Below, in pieces: positions 1-12,481 of a stretch of 64,000 nucleotides of DNA. This stretch comes from Tricharina praecox (Eukaryota), in NCBI RefSeq assembly GCF_024521635.1, contig NW_026250403.1, positions 372,001 to 436,000 of the forward strand, written 5' to 3'. The position numbers were made by a program, and so were the translations under genes. The number at the start of each line of letters is the position of its first letter. Positions within the stretch are counted from its first letter, which is position 1. The notes under the pieces were generated by a model that made no database searches, had not been told where the DNA came from, and saw only the letters and a program-made list of their open reading frames with translations.

Positions 1-2412
1 GCTATGGGCCAAAGATCCTTCTAACCAGAATGCTCGAATGGTGGGTTATCCAGATCTCTAATTCCGATTCAGTGGTTGCTCATGTAATTACAGAATGGAT
101 TCAGCGCTATGGCTGCTACAAAGTTATGGGAAAACGTCCTCCAAGCCGTCGAGTCTCTACCACGACATGACAGCGAAATTCTGTCCGATCTGAATGTTCT
201 ATTGTCAAGCGGCCTTGAAAGCCGGCGGAAATCGACTGTCAATATTACCATTAAGACGTGGAACAACACTTTCGGAAAGCAGGAGTCGCTTAGTTATCCT
301 AGCAGAGTGCGGATGGCATTGGCGAGGCTGAGGACTATCACTGATCTATCGCTCCCCGGCTTTCCCGAGGACGATTCGGGTGTATTCACGCCTCCCGAGT
401 TCACCGAATCACAAGACGCAGGAAATACTCAATCGGTTGCCGATATACAATGGTCCAGCCCAACACCAGCTCGACAGTTATTTCCTAACTCAAGGGCACG
501 CACGTCAACTCCTACGAGTGTAATTAGGGAGACACCAGCTCGCGGAAGACCGAGAAGTAACCAGCCTACGCCCACTCCCACGAAGAGAATGCCAAAGCCA
601 AAACACATGGATTCGCAGCTCGATTTTGTAGCCATCGAAGGCACGCCGTCACTCGAAGCTCAAGACTCGCAACTCATCACCGAACACCAGAAAGAGGTCC
701 GAGAGGAGCAGGCTCAGGCGGCAGTGATGTTCCCTGAGTTGATAAGAGCCACACCCGCCGCTAGTAAGAGGGAGACCATGAAAGTGGGCGACGAGTCGCC
801 GACTTCAAAGAGGCGGAACCAAACGCCTATTGGCTCGCAGAGTCACGGATACTCAGACAAAATACCTGAGACTACGATTAAAGAGTCGACCATGGCACCT
901 GATTTCATGGTTTCATTCATTTCGGAGTCTCACATTGGCTCTCGATCTCCATCAGTCTCTGGCTCTGTTCGGCGTAAGGGCAATAACGAAGCAACCATAC
1001 CTCGTGAGATGTCCTCCGAGTTGACTGATCTTGACATGGGTGGTGATACCCCCATGGCGGATTATTCTGAGACTAGTATGGAAAAGCCAGCGCCTGGGCC
1101 TCCTGCTGGTATACCGCCTGATGGAACTTCCGACGATGAACCTTTCGTGGATGCCCCCGATCACTTCCCGCAGCCCGAAGTTGAGGAGCCCGAAAGGCCT
1201 TCTCCTGTCCGCAAAAAGGCGCGAGTCGCTGGACGCGTCAAGGATACCTCAGAGGTGGTCACTCTTGTGGTACCGCCAATGAGAAACAGCGAGGACATTC
1301 GCGCTAGTATGTCTACCTCCATGTCCGACGCATCTACGTCAGTGGCGTGTGAAGCAGACACGCCTGCAACGCCGGGCACTCCTCGATCGCGAAGCAACAA
1401 GAAGCGCGCGAAGAAGAGAAAGCGAGGCTCTTCCCTACCACAGGAGCCCAAGCCCTCACTGCCAGTACTCGACACTGTTGAAGTCGTAGTAGAAGCTAAG
1501 CACTCTCTTATGGCGAGTCATCCTCCGCCGTTGGCACCCGTGTCGCCAGAAACAGAGCGGTCCTCGAAGAGAGTAAAATCTGCGGATACAAATGACACGC
1601 CGGTTAAGACGAGGGTTTCGGCAAGGAAAAACAAGGGACGGAAACCGCCGCGAGGACTTGTGAGCGCACTCGATTCCAGCAGGAAAGATCTCGATGAAAG
1701 GAGTGGTACGTCCATAGACCTTACCGCGGCGAGGGCGGCCACCACTAACAACAATAATATAGAGGATCCAGCGCCATCGCCGACACCGATGCGTACACGC
1801 AACGCGTCAAAACGAGTGCGATCCCCCAAAAAGGCCGCTGTAGAAGAGAAGGATGTCTCGTTTATTGGCGAAACCCAGTTCGATAGTTTTGTATCTTCAG
1901 TCGCCGATTCCCAGCCTCCACCTGCTGCTGCTGCTGCTGCAAAGTTTGGCTCTACACCAACAAAGAGTCGCAAGGCGAAGGGATTGTTCGCGAACGATGA
2001 GTACACGGACGAGCTCCAGGTTAGAAGCCCAAGACATAGTTTGTCGGAGGCCAGTAACTCGGAGATTGTCACCCCGCGTTCAGCGCGACGGAGCAAGCGA
2101 CGCTCGACATTGGCGTCAGCCATGATGAAGAGTGCTGCGACGCCTGAGGCGGACAAAGAGACGGTGGAGGAGTCGGAGCCTGCTATTCAGCAAGTGGAGG
2201 AGTCGAAACCTACTATCCAGCAAGTGGAGGAAGACAAGGAACAGCCCGTTGCCGCCAGCCCGCCCGCGATGACCGCAATGGAAGCCATCAGGAAGGCTCT
2301 GGCAATGGTAGACGGCGCGGATTTGACGGTGGCTGAGATTTCAACCGTTGAGGACGAGGTATTTGAGGCGTTCAGTCGGTTGAGGGAGAAGAAGAAGACG
2401 GCGAGGCAGTGA
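1..2412 (+). CDS. RIF1: Telomere/replication-timing regulator Rif1, 3' portion (5' end outside the window; probable intron about 41-93)
   Basis: Segment LLSSGLESRRKSTVNITIKTWNNTFGKQESLSYP resembles the end of the fungal Rif1 HEAT region; HMDSQLDFVAIE motif; then a long S/P/K-rich disordered region and a short helical C-terminus. Confidence 0.75.
2164..2232 (+). repeat. 30-bp coding tandem repeat (about 2.3 copies; VEESEPAIQQ/VEESKPTIQQ/VEE)
   Basis: gtggaggagtcg...cagcaa is repeated within the Rif1 ORF. Confidence 0.85.
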
Positions 2413-3196
2413 TGATATGGCTGTCATGTAAGATAGCCTTTTTTTTGGAGGGGCTGTGGAACATTTTGATACCTTGCTTGTGTGGGGCTTCTACCTACTT
2501 ACTTTACATGGTTCCCTTAGTACTTTGTTTTTGTTGTTTTAGCATAGGGTGGGCTTTTCTTTCTCTACGATACGGTCGATTCTTCCATGTTGTTTTTCTC
2601 GGTCGTGCAGTCTATAGGTATCGGGGACACGAATTACAGCAAAGAATTGAATAGGTGATTTCGACTGCTGAGGAGATTGAGGACTGAACCCGGATGTTGG
2701 TGATCGGTAGAGCTGTTGTCAATATGCGCTTCACATACCTCGCACGCCCAAGGTGAAGTTCGGAACCGCAGACTCAAGCTTGGAATACCAGTACCGTATC
2801 GGCTGGGAGATCATCCACTGCACTAGCTGTCTGGTTTCTCGGCGTGTATGTACATACGATACTTATCGTACATACAAACAGATCAAGAATTGAATTTCTT
2901 ACGTGTCTCGTGGTACTGCAAACCACTTTCTCACCGTACGGCGTACGGCGTGCGGCCTAAGCTGTCCTAGCCGGGGCAAACACTGTCTCTAAATAATAGG
3001 AAGTTTTGGCATTCCTCCGGAGCGCTCGATTTCAATTTGCGGTATCTTTTTTTTCTACATACGGTACCGTCGATTAACTTCACTCTACCACGGGCCGAGC
3101 CGTCGTTGGGCAACCCGGCAACATCCCGCCATCCCGGCACCCATCGACGTGCAGCAAATCGTGCGTCGCGTTCTCCCACCTTCACCCAACCTCACA

Positions 3197-4696
3197 ATGT
3201 CGCGCCTCTCGATCTTTGGCGGGGACGCTTCGCCTTTGCCCTCACCCGAGCCCGCACAACGGCGCTCTCCCACGCCCACCTCCCCAACAAATTCCGACTA
3301 CCGCACGGCCTCCGAGCCGCCATCTCTCTCCGGCGACGACGACGACGACGACGAGGGGCTCCCACGCCAATTTCAAACGCCGGACGAGAGCGTGTACAAC
3401 GATGTCGATTCCGACGAAGGCAACACGCGGCGCCGCTGGGGCGACCGGGAGGAGACGCAGTCCACGGTCACGCCGCTATGGCGCATAATCGAGAGCGTGG
3501 AGTGGGACGCGCATTTGCAGCTCGGCACACACCTGCTCAATGCACATGTTTTGAAGAAGAAATTACCGCACGGAGCTATTAACGAGCACGGTGGTGAGAA
3601 AAATGAGGTGCCGGAAAATTTGCGGCAGTTCATTAGGAGCCAGTGGACTGCGTGGCCGCTAGGGAAGGAGGACGTGCCGAGGGAGCGAGATCATGTCCCA
3701 GGAAATACGCATGCGCTGGGGAGGAAGAGGGGTGATGATGCGCACCGTACCACCACCGGTGCGGCAAAGGGGAAGAGGGGGGGACACAAGGCGCCGAGTG
3801 CCATGTTGGAGGAGATGTTGACTGCTCTGGTGATGCGCAAGGCGAAGGAGCGGGTCAGAATGGAGAAGAAAGAGGGGTTGGAGCTCGCGGTGGATGATGA
3901 CGAGATTGGGACACTGGTCCGCCCTGTGATTAGGGATGTCATCTCGCGCCTTGATACATTGCTTGTGGGGCTACATCAGGAACGGGAACACTACGTGAAG
4001 GACCTTATCCCCAGCAGCGATGCGAAGTATAAGTGGCAAAAAGTACAGGCCGAGGCGCGAGAAGGCGGCGTGGATCCGGATGCCATCGACGACGGTGACT
4101 CCTCATCCGCTGGCCAACCGCAGTCGGGAAAGAAGCGTAAACGTGGCAAAGCAACACCAGAAGATTATGCCCGCTACCTCCGGAACCGACGGTACCGTGT
4201 TAAGCTGCGTGACTGGAGCCAGGTTATGGGAATGGCGGCGATCAAGGGGTGGGAGCAGGCGCCACTCCAGGAAACGGCGAAGAAGTGTGCGAAGATGTTT
4301 GGGCAGGATATGAAGTTTAGGACCCTGGGGACGAATTCGAAGGGGACTGTGTGGACGGCGAGCCAGGGACTGCCGAAAAAAGATAATGAGATCACAGAGG
4401 GTTATCTAGAAGAGGTAAAGGTATATTTGGGCGGGAGGGATAGGGAATACGTTCAAAGGAAACGGGAACGAGAGCTTTTGAGGAAAAAGGGGAATGGGTC
4501 TGGCGGAAAGGGGAGCCGGGAGGAGGGTGAGGAGGAAAGCTCTGGTAGAGATGATGACGAGGATGAGAGGGAGAGTGAAGGAGAGAGTGAAGAAGACGAA
4601 GAAGAAGACGAAGAAGAAGACGAAGACGATGAAGATGAGGACAACGATGAGGATGGAGAGGAGACGAGGGAGACGAAGAAGCAACGAGACAAATAG
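3197..4696 (+). CDS. Rrn9-domain protein (RNA polymerase I upstream activation factor subunit-like), acidic C-terminal tail
   Basis: LGTHLLNAHVLK...WTAWPL motifs typical of the fungal Rrn9 domain; LRDWSQVMGMA motif; intronless; ATG at 3197. Confidence 0.6.
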   Translation: MSRLSIFGGDASPLPSPEPAQRRSPTPTSPTNSDYRTASEPPSLSGDDDDDDEGLPRQFQTPDESVYNDVDSDEGNTRRRWGDREETQSTVTPLWRIIESVEWDAHLQLGTHLLNAHVLKKKLPHGAINEHGGEKNEVPENLRQFIRSQWTAWPLGKEDVPRERDHVPGNTHALGRKRGDDAHRTTTGAAKGKRGGHKAPSAMLEEMLTALVMRKAKERVRMEKKEGLELAVDDDEIGTLVRPVIRDVISRLDTLLVGLHQEREHYVKDLIPSSDAKYKWQKVQAEAREGGVDPDAIDDGDSSSAGQPQSGKKRKRGKATPEDYARYLRNRRYRVKLRDWSQVMGMAAIKGWEQAPLQETAKKCAKMFGQDMKFRTLGTNSKGTVWTASQGLPKKDNEITEGYLEEVKVYLGGRDREYVQRKRERELLRKKGNGSGGKGSREEGEEESSGRDDDEDERESEGESEEDEEEDEEEDEDDEDEDNDEDGEETRETKKQRDK

Positions 4697-5111
4697 CCTT
4701 CAATAAACTACTTCTAAGTACTTCTCACTCCTGTCCTGAGCACTCTGAATACATCATTTGATTTGATTTGCGCATTATGCCTTCACATGCAAATCCGTAC
4801 GACCGCGTGACACGTTATGACGCGATCTGCAGCTGTCCGTCCAGCTGTCCTGCAGCTACTCTACTAGTAGAGCTGCAAGGGACAAGTGATTAACCGGACC
4901 AACTTCGACATTTCCCAACAATTAATCGATCTCACCGGCCTTTCTACGTCCGCTCATGGACGACGAGAGCAAGCCCATACATCACCGCTTCCTCTCCATT
5001 CGCGGAGGAGCAGGCTCTTGACACTTCATCTCGCTCTACCTTCGCGCAACAAACCTAAACCGCCGACCCGACGGTAAGCTCGCAGCTCTCGCATCAACAC
5101 AACGAACGACC

Positions 5112-8100
5112 ATGACGGAACCTCACGACCGGCGCAAGCCCTCTCTCACACCGACAGAGCCGTCAATATCATCCCGCCTCTCAACACCGGTGTACAGCTC
5201 CTCGCTAGCCCCGCAGAACAACATCTCGCTTTCCCCGTCCTCAGCGTCGTACCGCAGCGTCTCAAACCCCTCAGCACACCCCCCTAGCACGGCAGCCCGC
5301 GCGCGCCGTCATGCAGCCAGCGGTTTTCTCCTCGACAATACGAGCAGTCGACGAGGCTCCCTCGATCGTCCCGGCACGGAACCGAGCCTTTGCACCCGCC
5401 CCAGCACTGGCACGTTCGGCGCGGATGCTTCCACCGCTGCGCAGGACACGGACCCCGCGCAGATGGTGGAACTGGTCCTCTCCGAGGCGCAGAAACGGAA
5501 ACGAGAGTCGTCGTCTACTCGCCGCCAGCGCGGAAACACCATGACCGTATCCCCCTCATCCGGGCCTCGCAGGGAGTCCGGTGGGGGTGGGAGCGGGAGG
5601 GGCAGGACGGCTTCGCCTACGCGCTCGTTTTTGATCCCAGGGAGGTCGACATCTACGTCTACAGGTGCTGGGAAGCGACAAACAATGCCCTCGTCGCCGC
5701 CTCCGTCCACCCCTGGAAGATCAAGTTTTCCCACGCCGTCGCTCACGCCGCTGCCGTTCGGCGGCGCCGGGGATCTACAGGTCAAGAAACGGTGGGCGCT
5801 AGGGACCGAGCGACTACGCGAGGTGCAAAAAGAGTACCATTTCTCCGAGGCGACGATACAGCGCACACTGAAGGCGAAGCAAGCGCTCGAGCTCTCGGCT
5901 ATATTCAAGAAGCTGCTCGAGATCGAGGAGCACCGAGTCCAAAAATTGGCTATGCTACAGCATCCGAGGGATTTGCCGGACAAGAAGATCTACGAGTACA
6001 ACCCCTTGCGCGTCATTAGGAATCGCAAGCTCCGAAACAGGAAGAAAATACACCTCGACGCGTCGCAGTGGGAGGATCCGGGCGCGGTTGAACAGTGGGT
6101 AGAGGATGTTGCCGCGCCGATATCCTCTCCTGGTGCGGGCGGAGTACCGCGGCCACCGCCAGGCAATGGAAGGAAGTTGAAGAGGCCGAAGATGGACTGG
6201 ATTGTTGAGCCGGAGGAAATGTTGGCGGATTACTATTGGATGCGGTGTGAAGAATCTAAGCGCGAAGAGCGGGAGAGAGACTTGAGGAGCCAGAAGCGGA
6301 GGAGTGTCAAGAGCATAGAAAGTATGAGGGACAAACGCGTGTCTCTGGAAGTTCCTGAGAATGATGTGGAGGTTCGGCCCAGCGATGAAGATACCAGACG
6401 GAAGATCAGCACCGACTCGCCACGCAAACGGAGGATGGCGGCTGGTGCTAAGGATTATCGCCACTTTCTGAGGGGCGATCAAGAGGGGTTCGAAAGCACG
6501 GCTACTTCTTCGGACGAGGACGGAAATAGTGACTCCGACTACCTCTTTGATTCTACCGACACGGAGCCAGAACACGATCTAGCAACGGCGGATGTAGAGG
6601 AGGATCCCAAGCATCATCGCCGACGGAGGAAGCTGGGACGTATGATCAAAGGCCATCACCACGGAAAGAAGAAGAAGAAGAAGCTGAAGCAACACGAGCT
6701 CGAAATGGAGGAGAAGCGGCGGATGCAGGAATCGAAGTATATGGATTGGATTCCATCGGAGACTGAAGAGAGAGGCCCGATTCCGGTAGTGAGCAATCAG
6801 CCAGAGTACAGAAAGAGTATGGATATAGATGAGGAGTACGAATCAGCGCCGACGGGGAGAAGTCCCAGCAAGTTGACCGGCCGGATCGTGACGGGGTTTC
6901 CTACAATCTTTGGCGGCAGCAAGAGTAGCCTCGAGCGATTTACTACCGGCAATTCCGGCTTGGGGATCGCTGTAGACAGAGCGGATTTTGTAGTGCCTAG
7001 CATCAACATATCACTCAGCCCTCCACGAGTGCGGTCGGCAACTCCAGAGATCAGGGACGATGATAGAAGAGATGGTAAGGTTGTCAATCCGACAAAGAAG
7101 CTCCTGAGCATTCGCAAAGAAGGCTTTAAGGAGAAGGACTTTGTCGAGGACAGCGGCCGAGAATCGCTCGACATGGAACGGTACAACAAGAAGCCGGGGG
7201 AGAAGGAGAAAAGCTCGGCGATCGGGAAGGTCATGTCTCGAGTCGACAAGCTCCGCAACGAAGTCTCCAGAGTGGAGGATCTGATACCGTGGAAGCGTGG
7301 AGACGGGACAATGCCATCGCCGACGGCATCAAGTTTCACCGCAAGCGACGACGAGGACCAGCGTTCATTGGTGCGACAAGGAACCCTCTCCGCATCGGAG
7401 AGAGAAGATCACGAGAAGACAAAGCTCAAGTCAGAGAATTCCAAGAAGTCAAGACCGCCAAATCACCGGAGCCGTTACTCTGTGAACAATTTTCGGAGGA
7501 GCTTTGATAGCGACCGCTCAATCTCTCCTGAGCGTCGTGGTAGCAAGCTCAGGGAGCCTCTTGCGATTCCACTAATCTCCCGTGAGCGCTCACCAATGGG
7601 GGCGATCAAGTTTGATGCATTTCGTCGGAAAGCTGACGGCCATCTGGGATTGTCACGTCTCAACGCGTTACAGCCGCCGTTACAACAATTCTCCGACGCC
7701 CTGGAAGAACCCACCAAACAGACTCCTCCCCGGCCGGTGGATCCGTCGCCGTCCATCTCTAAATGCGACATACATCATGCGCGGGCCAAACTCATCGCCA
7801 CCGGCATCGTGGCTCGTGGCATGTACATATCCGCTCCCTCGGTCTTCAATCCACGCCTGCGCTCCATCAACACCTCTACCAACCGTCTCGACACACTACT
7901 CGGCACTTACAACGTCCGCCGCAGCAGCTTTATGGAACCAACCGCCCCGCGCTACCACAGCCGTGTCAACCGCGTTAGCAAGGAGGTATCACAGAATCTC
8001 ACACCCGCTGTCCGCGCTGTCGCCGACGAAGCGGACCTTCTCAGCACCCGCGTCACAACGGAGCTCACACTCAATGTCAAGAAGCTACAGGACGAGATTT

Positions 8101-8288
8101 TCTCGCTTGCCCGGCGGCGTAAGGGACGCGGGAAGATGCGGTTGCTCAGAAGGATGCTATGGGGCTCCGTCGAGTGGATGGTTGTGGTCCTGCTCTGGGT
8201 GGTATGGAGTGTTTTCCTCGCATTCAGGATTGTGAGGGGGTCCGTTACCGTGGGTGTTCGAATGGTACGGTGGGTTCTCTGGTTGTAA
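5112..8288 (+). CDS. MTC4: Mtc4-like protein (maintenance of telomere capping), 1058 aa, with a C-terminal transmembrane helix
   Basis: YNPLRVIRNRKLR motif and W..PEEMLADYYW are characteristic of the Mtc4 family; hydrophobic C-terminal segment. Confidence 0.65.
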   Translation: MTEPHDRRKPSLTPTEPSISSRLSTPVYSSSLAPQNNISLSPSSASYRSVSNPSAHPPSTAARARRHAASGFLLDNTSSRRGSLDRPGTEPSLCTRPSTGTFGADASTAAQDTDPAQMVELVLSEAQKRKRESSSTRRQRGNTMTVSPSSGPRRESGGGGSGRGRTASPTRSFLIPGRSTSTSTGAGKRQTMPSSPPPSTPGRSSFPTPSLTPLPFGGAGDLQVKKRWALGTERLREVQKEYHFSEATIQRTLKAKQALELSAIFKKLLEIEEHRVQKLAMLQHPRDLPDKKIYEYNPLRVIRNRKLRNRKKIHLDASQWEDPGAVEQWVEDVAAPISSPGAGGVPRPPPGNGRKLKRPKMDWIVEPEEMLADYYWMRCEESKREERERDLRSQKRRSVKSIESMRDKRVSLEVPENDVEVRPSDEDTRRKISTDSPRKRRMAAGAKDYRHFLRGDQEGFESTATSSDEDGNSDSDYLFDSTDTEPEHDLATADVEEDPKHHRRRRKLGRMIKGHHHGKKKKKKLKQHELEMEEKRRMQESKYMDWIPSETEERGPIPVVSNQPEYRKSMDIDEEYESAPTGRSPSKLTGRIVTGFPTIFGGSKSSLERFTTGNSGLGIAVDRADFVVPSINISLSPPRVRSATPEIRDDDRRDGKVVNPTKKLLSIRKEGFKEKDFVEDSGRESLDMERYNKKPGEKEKSSAIGKVMSRVDKLRNEVSRVEDLIPWKRGDGTMPSPTASSFTASDDEDQRSLVRQGTLSASEREDHEKTKLKSENSKKSRPPNHRSRYSVNNFRRSFDSDRSISPERRGSKLREPLAIPLISRERSPMGAIKFDAFRRKADGHLGLSRLNALQPPLQQFSDALEEPTKQTPPRPVDPSPSISKCDIHHARAKLIATGIVARGMYISAPSVFNPRLRSINTSTNRLDTLLGTYNVRRSSFMEPTAPRYHSRVNRVSKEVSQNLTPAVRAVADEADLLSTRVTTELTLNVKKLQDEIFSLARRRKGRGKMRLLRRMLWGSVEWMVVVLLWVVWSVFLAFRIVRGSVTVGVRMVRWVLWL

Positions 8289-8381
8289 CGATGAAACGGG
8301 ATTTTCATTTTTTTCTTTGCTTATCAGTTTGGTTCCAGCTTTTTATTTTCATTTTTCATAGATCGATCACAGTACTTTGCG

Positions 8382-8432
8382 CAGCACAGCATAGCACAGC
8401 ACAGCATAGCATAGCATAGCATCGCATAGCAT
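8382..8432 (+). repeat. (CAGCA/TAGCA)n pentanucleotide microsatellite in the 3' UTR
   Basis: cagcacagcatagcacagcacagcatagcatagcatagc. Confidence 0.85.
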
Positions 8433-9200
8433 ACCAATCCCGAGCCTGGGAACCATAATCTTTTTTTATCAGTTTTTTTCCTTATTTGTTTTTTTCCGCT
8501 CAGTTTCATTTTTTCATTTGTTTGTTTGAGGGTTTAGGTGTAGATCTGTGGGACCAGTGGGGGTGTGGGACCGGAGTTCAAGTTTTTTTCTTCTTTCTTT
8601 TCATAGCGTGCATGTTTAGCATAGTATATATTGCGTTCCGTGTGTTTGTATCGTATCGTAACTACCGTATGTATATAGAAGGGGAAATACTGCCAATATT
8701 GTCCCTGACTGACTCTGACTGTGACCTGTGACTACATCCGGTGATGTGATGAGGATCGACCGACAGCTGAGCGGGAGAGGCGGGGAGGTGAGGAGTGGTG
8801 AGTGTTGTTTCATCAGCTCCGAGTAGACCGCAGACGGCAGACCCGCGGGAGAGAGGAGAAGAGACATTCTTGGAAACATTCCGGACGGTGTTTCAGGTTT
8901 GCATTTCAGACTCCCGAGTCACCGAGTGGGTCGGAGCCGTGAATAATACCTATAATTATTTATGGGATTTATACATAGTACATACAACTGCTATTGGGTT
9001 GGTCGACCGGCGGCAGGCGTGGATTCACCTCACCGTAACTAGATGATATGCCGTATATCAAAGGACTGCAGCCATATTCGAGGACTGCCTTGCCCCCGGT
9101 GAAGGAGTATCGATACACAGCCTGTAGGCACTCCTACCGGTACCAGTGGTAGTTGGTGGCTTTTCGGCCTTCGCTTTCACTTCACTTCACTTCGCTCGAG

Positions 9201-9235
9201 CATCGCTCGAACATCGCTCGAACATCGCTCGAACA
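9201..9235 (+). repeat. 11-bp tandem repeat CATCGCTCGAA x3
   Basis: Read directly from the sequence. Confidence 0.85.
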
Positions 9236-10625
9236 CCGCAGAGAGGCTATTGGATGAGGACGTCGACTGGATGGACAAATAGTGGTTACATATGTGAGTA
9301 GGTAGCTGAGCCGTTAAAACAAACTGTTCCTACACATAAGGGAGGTTCTGCTGGCCTGCCGTGCACGTCCACGATAGCCCGGTGTGTGTGTGCGGGCCGC
9401 TACTACCACTAGATGCTACTAGTACTACCGTAGTATTACCCACTTAGGTAGTAGTTAGTGGGAGGATCGAGCCCGTGAACTTTGAAGGATAGAGCGGCAC
9501 CGGAGACCGCAGCCTCGAGTCGGTGAAGATCCGCGAGTGACGAAGCCAGTGACGAAGCCGAGCCCGTGATGTGTCGCCGAGCCCGGAGGGTCACTCGGTC
9601 TGGTTCGCAAATGCCCCGGGAATGGGAATGGCTCCAGGGGTGGGGAAGGGCCCTTCACCCTCCCTGAGGTCATTCCTGAATCCTGTGCCTAGGGCGGCCT
9701 CGTGAGTCGGAACAATCCTGGGAGTATTTAGACTCATGCCCTCCGGACTACCTACCTACCTATGTAGTACCTACCCAGGTACTGCAAATCCACTTGGCGG
9801 TCTAGAATCTGGATTGGAATACCAGGCACCTCCTATACCTCCTATCATAGGTAGTAGAGTAGCTGGTATCGAGCTTGCTTGGGAGCCCAAGTTGCAAGTT
9901 CCAACTGGGCACCGGCTGGCCGCCTTTCCCTTTCGATATCTTTGGCCCTATCGGTAGGGATGGCCCGACACCCATCATCCATCACCCAGCCAGACGGGCC
10001 TGGAAACATTTCCCACGCAATATTTTGGGAAGGGAAGCCGTTTCCCAGGTTCCTGACCGCCACGCTGCCCTGGATTCACTCTAGATCTGCCGAGTGTTGG
10101 AATCCACAAAACATGCTGGGCACATATATATGGGTACTATGTATTCTAGAAGCCATGGCGGCGGCCGCCGGTGGGATGGCTGGACGTTGGATGACCGCTG
10201 GATGGCGAAAAACCAGCACTTGCGATTGTTAGCAGTTATTGGCATCCATTCCCGTTTCGTCGCCCGTACCCGTTCCCGCTAACTACCGGTAGCTAACCAG
10301 TTAGTTACCCCCGAGTCCCGGAGCCAGGACTGAGGACTGAGACAGGCGTCGGGTGTCTAACGTCCATACGACTGTTAGGTAGGTAGTAGGTAGTGCACTA
10401 CCTACTCTTCAGGCTTTGAGGCTCGAGCTGTTGCTGCTGCACACTGGCTGGCTGGCTGGCTGGTATATATACTTAACCAGATACCTATCTTGTAACTATT
10501 TGACCAAGCCATTCCATCCCGTTTCCATTTCCATTTCCATATTCGCATGCCCGCCCTGGGGCCAGTCCCGGGGGGCCCAACCCCGAACCCCGAACCCCAG
10601 ATTCTAGAATCCAGAACCCCGAACC

Positions 10626-10662
10626 CCAGAATCCAGAATCCAGAATCCAGAATCCAGAATCC
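10626..10662 (+). repeat. (CCAGAAT)5 heptanucleotide repeat
   Basis: Read directly from the sequence. Confidence 0.9.
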
Positions 10663-11536
10663 GGATCAAGTATGTACATACCTACATACATATCTACCGG
10701 TAACTACTACGTTATATGCAGGCTGTCTAGTTGCATTGGATATGCATAATTACCTACATAAAATGTAGCGTAGCGTGCCATCCACGATACACAGTTACAA
10801 ATGTAGCATGGCCTGGAGTCCTGGACGACTTGATCCTCGCAGCGGCGGCGGCGGCGCCCGCTCCCGAGTCCCGACAGGCTATGTACAGGCTATATACAGC
10901 CGGTTCACTTTCTCACTTTCTCACTTTCACTTTTATCACTTTTATCACCGGGACGATGGAATCATGGAATCATGGAAACTTGGGATGTTCTGCGGCGGCG
11001 AGTGAGCGCCCATGCGCTCGCCGCCTACTGTACTGTACCGTAAATACCTACGCGACACGGTACGACACGGTGGAATCGGCTGTGACACAGCCGTGTGTGA
11101 ACATACTCCTGCATGCCTGTTTGTGTGCCTGCGTTCGTGCCTGCCTGCCTGCCTGCGTGCGGTGTCTGCCTGCGTTCGTGCGGTGCGATGTCGGCGTGCG
11201 TGGCTCGCATGCACGCAGCCGGCGGCGGGGGCGGCGGCGGGGGCGGGGGCGGCGGACCCGGGAACGGTGCGGTGCGGATGCGGGATGCATGCTATCGGAG
11301 GGACTACTATCTACGGTACTACTACTACTGGAACTCTGGGACAGTGCGGGGCGCTGCTGGGACGGTACGCTGCTGGGACGGGGCACTGCTGGGACTCTGG
11401 GACGGTGCATGCATGCGGCTGATGAAGCGGTAGCACAGATGTGTGGTTGTGTGGTTGTGTGGTGCGAGCGAGCTGCGAGCGAGGGCTCGATCCCGGGTTG
11501 CCGGATCCGGATATATAGGGTCCTCGCTGGGTGGGG

Positions 11537-11596
11537 TTGTTGTTGTTGTTTTGGTGGTGGTGGTGGTGGTGGTGGTGGTGGTGGTGGTGGTGGTGG
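11537..11596 (+). repeat. Compound (GTT)n(GGT)n microsatellite
   Basis: Read directly from the sequence. Confidence 0.9.
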
Positions 11597-12481
11597 GGTT
11601 CATGAGGTCGGCTCGATCTGGATTCAGGATTCAGGATTCTGGACTGGACGGTGCTGGTGCTTGTTCATGTTAAGACGAGGGAGGACTGTATCGGAAAGTC
11701 GAGTTGTGGGGTGTATACTACCGGTATTGTGGCTGCTCGTCGTCAAAGACCTCAAAGTTTCCCCAGGGCTCGGGACAAGTATGCATAGCAAAACAGTTGC
11801 AACAATTACCATTCACCGCTCTCCATTTTTACCAGCCGACCAGCCAAACAAAACACATCATATCCACATCGAGCCAGTGCCCCAGTGTCCCGTATCCCAG
11901 TGTCCCAGTTCCCTCAGGGCCTCTGCACCACCAGCTCCAAGCTCCAAGCTCATTAGGTACATGCTCGTAACGACTAGCTAGAGTAGAGTAAATCCAGCCA
12001 TCGGTTCATGCATGCATCGGTCGAATCAAGCATCGCTCATTATGTCATCACCCATCCCCCACCCCCCACCCCCACCCACCCCCGCCGCCATGCCCCGTCT
12101 ACTTCCCGAGCCCGATCCGAAATGTCCCAACTCCGTCTAGAGTAGAGTAGCCCGATCTCGTCGTAACATGTAGAAACTAGAGTAGAAAAAAAATCCGCAG
12201 AATGCAAAGCAAATGGTAAAGAATTCAGAAAAAGAAAAGTAAATGCAAAGAAAAAAAAGACAAAAACAAGAAGAAAAAATTATGTACCGTGAATTCTGCC
12301 GCCGTATGTACTTCAAGAACTTTTGTACGATGTAACGCAGCCATATGTATTGCGAAGTAAAGCAAATACCGAGAAAGAAAGAAGAAAAAAAGGCAGAAAA
12401 AACGAAAGAAAAATCAAGAAAAAAATAGAAACAGACAGCAGCAAAACTGCCGCTGCGAGATGCGAGATGCGGGATGCTGTA

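Noticed and set aside
1-8288. Telomere gene cluster (RIF1 and MTC4, with RFA1 further away)
   Set aside because: The Mtc4 link to telomeres is only genetic, and nothing here goes beyond chance adjacency.
8746-8770. Box C (GTGATGA) and box D (CTGA) snoRNA
   Set aside because: The boxes are only about 15 nt apart, too short for a guide RNA.
10731-11981. 416-aa ORF
   Set aside because: Non-ATG start; the translation is made of microsatellites (poly-G, ACLP, RRRG) with no domain. The frame is open because the repeats are stop-poor.
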